Source of the DNA: Macrostomum lignano | Lineage: Eukaryota | Assembly (NCBI GenBank): GCA_002269645.1 | Contig: NIVC01003967.1 | Span: 3,331 to 67,330, forward strand | DNA: 64,000 nt | Direction: 5' to 3' | Shown: positions 62,912 through 64,000 of the stretch, piece after piece | How the letters are laid out: each line of letters starts with the position of its first letter | Numbering within the stretch: the first letter of the stretch is position 1 | Notes under the pieces: model-generated | What the model was told of the DNA's origin: nothing | What the model saw: the letters and a program-made list of their open reading frames with translations, nothing else | Database searches by the model: none | Made by a program: the position numbers and the translations under genes

Positions 62912-63430
62912 TCACTCGAACATGATTTCTACGGTGTTGGTGTCACCGTGGACAGTCATGCGCATCTTCTTGGTAGTACCCTCAGACACGACATCTTGCT
63001 CATTGGTCCGCCCATTGGACTCCACGGCTCCTCCGGCGTGTAGAGCGTAGGTCATACGCGAATGGTCCTGGACGTCTAGCCGTATGTAACTCTCAATTGC
63101 GTTGGACGAATGTTCAGTGACGCGGGCTATATCGTCCCTAGCCAGTCCAGCCCGATGCAACGTGCTGGCACATGTCTTCCTTAGAGACTGGTTTGAGAAT
63201 TTACCATCCGTAGACACGGGCTTGGTGATATTCGCCACAATGGAGTCGAGAGTATCCGGCCGATAGGTCCATTCTGGTACAATCTGTCGCTCTTAATGGC
63301 AGACTTACTTCGAAACCAAGTCAGAAAGAGGTTCTCGTGCTTACATTGCTCCGGTCGGTAGCCGTCGTTGATTTTATAGATGCACGGAAGGCAGCGCTCA
63401 TGATCTGGGGTGTGCCCAAGCTGCCCAAAC
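62912..63430 (-). mobile_element. Crypton-like tyrosine recombinase (DUF3504-type) remnant
   Basis: LFLT..YQNGPIGR, frameshift, then FSNQSLRKTCAS..AG..VTEHSS..IESY, corresponding to the H-x-x-R...H...Y pattern with His replaced by Gln. Confidence 0.7.
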
Positions 63431-64000
63431 CTTTCCTTTATCGCTTTTAATTTAAGCATCGAATCTTTTACTTTAATTTTTATGTTTATGGTTAAATGTG
63501 GGGGGGCTGCGCCCCCACACCCCGCTTTTGACGAATACCTCACTCCCACTCCAGTCGCTTCCAATATCTGTAGATTAAGTACGATCTTCGTCTGTTCTTT
63601 TGGTGTCTATGGCAGAAAGACCTCGGACGCAATTCTAAGGCCTCGGCTTCGCCTCGGCCTGAGAACAGCGTCCTCGGCCTTTCTCTGCCATAGGAACCAA
63701 AAGAACAGACAAAGATTATATACTTCCTTTTGTTGTGTATAAGTATTCTAAGCTTGTTTTTCAGTCGAGTTTCTCAGTCCGAAATTTGCGTGTTGTCTCT
63801 GGCACAACCTGTCTTTATACGTAGCGATTTTAAGTAAAAAGCGTAATCCAATTGCAGCAATTGGGACATGAAACTAACCATGTTGCTGTTATGACCAACC
63901 TGAGGGGTTAGTGTAAGAGCATTGTGTTGTCTCTGTTTTGGTACACTGCACCTTCTAGAGTTCCACAATATTTCGCTGATTCGCTATTTTGAAAAGCGGG

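Overview
Animal genomic DNA, repeat-rich with GC-rich exons and GT-AG introns. The features are compatible with a flatworm such as Macrostomum, but that is inference only. The centrepiece is a complete, apparently very young 17,173-bp Polinton/Maverick (adintovirus-like endogenous virus) at 13158-30330. It has AGTAGT termini, 306-bp TIRs differing at 1 position and a perfect 6-bp GAACAG target-site duplication. It encodes a protein-primed PolB, major and minor capsid proteins, a packaging ATPase, an adenain-like protease, an adenovirus pX-like core protein, a lectin/discoidin fibre, an HNH nuclease and a parvovirus-type PLA2 fused to the retroviral-type integrase. Each TIR is itself a 266-bp fold-back carrying a second copy of the terminal 27-mer. 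The element interrupts a coding exon of a host gene, which rebuilds as a 310-aa ORF when the element is removed. Host genes elsewhere: an intronless DEG/ENaC channel, an intronless class A GPCR, an intronless non-alpha nicotinic-type Cys-loop subunit, a 7-exon C5orf34 homologue whose introns hold different minisatellites, and exons of a GABA-B/ANF-receptor-like gene. The rest is micro/minisatellites, two decayed mariners, two non-autonomous hAT elements, a MITE, an RTE fragment and a Crypton-like tyrosine recombinase remnant. No tRNA, rRNA or CRISPR array was recognised.
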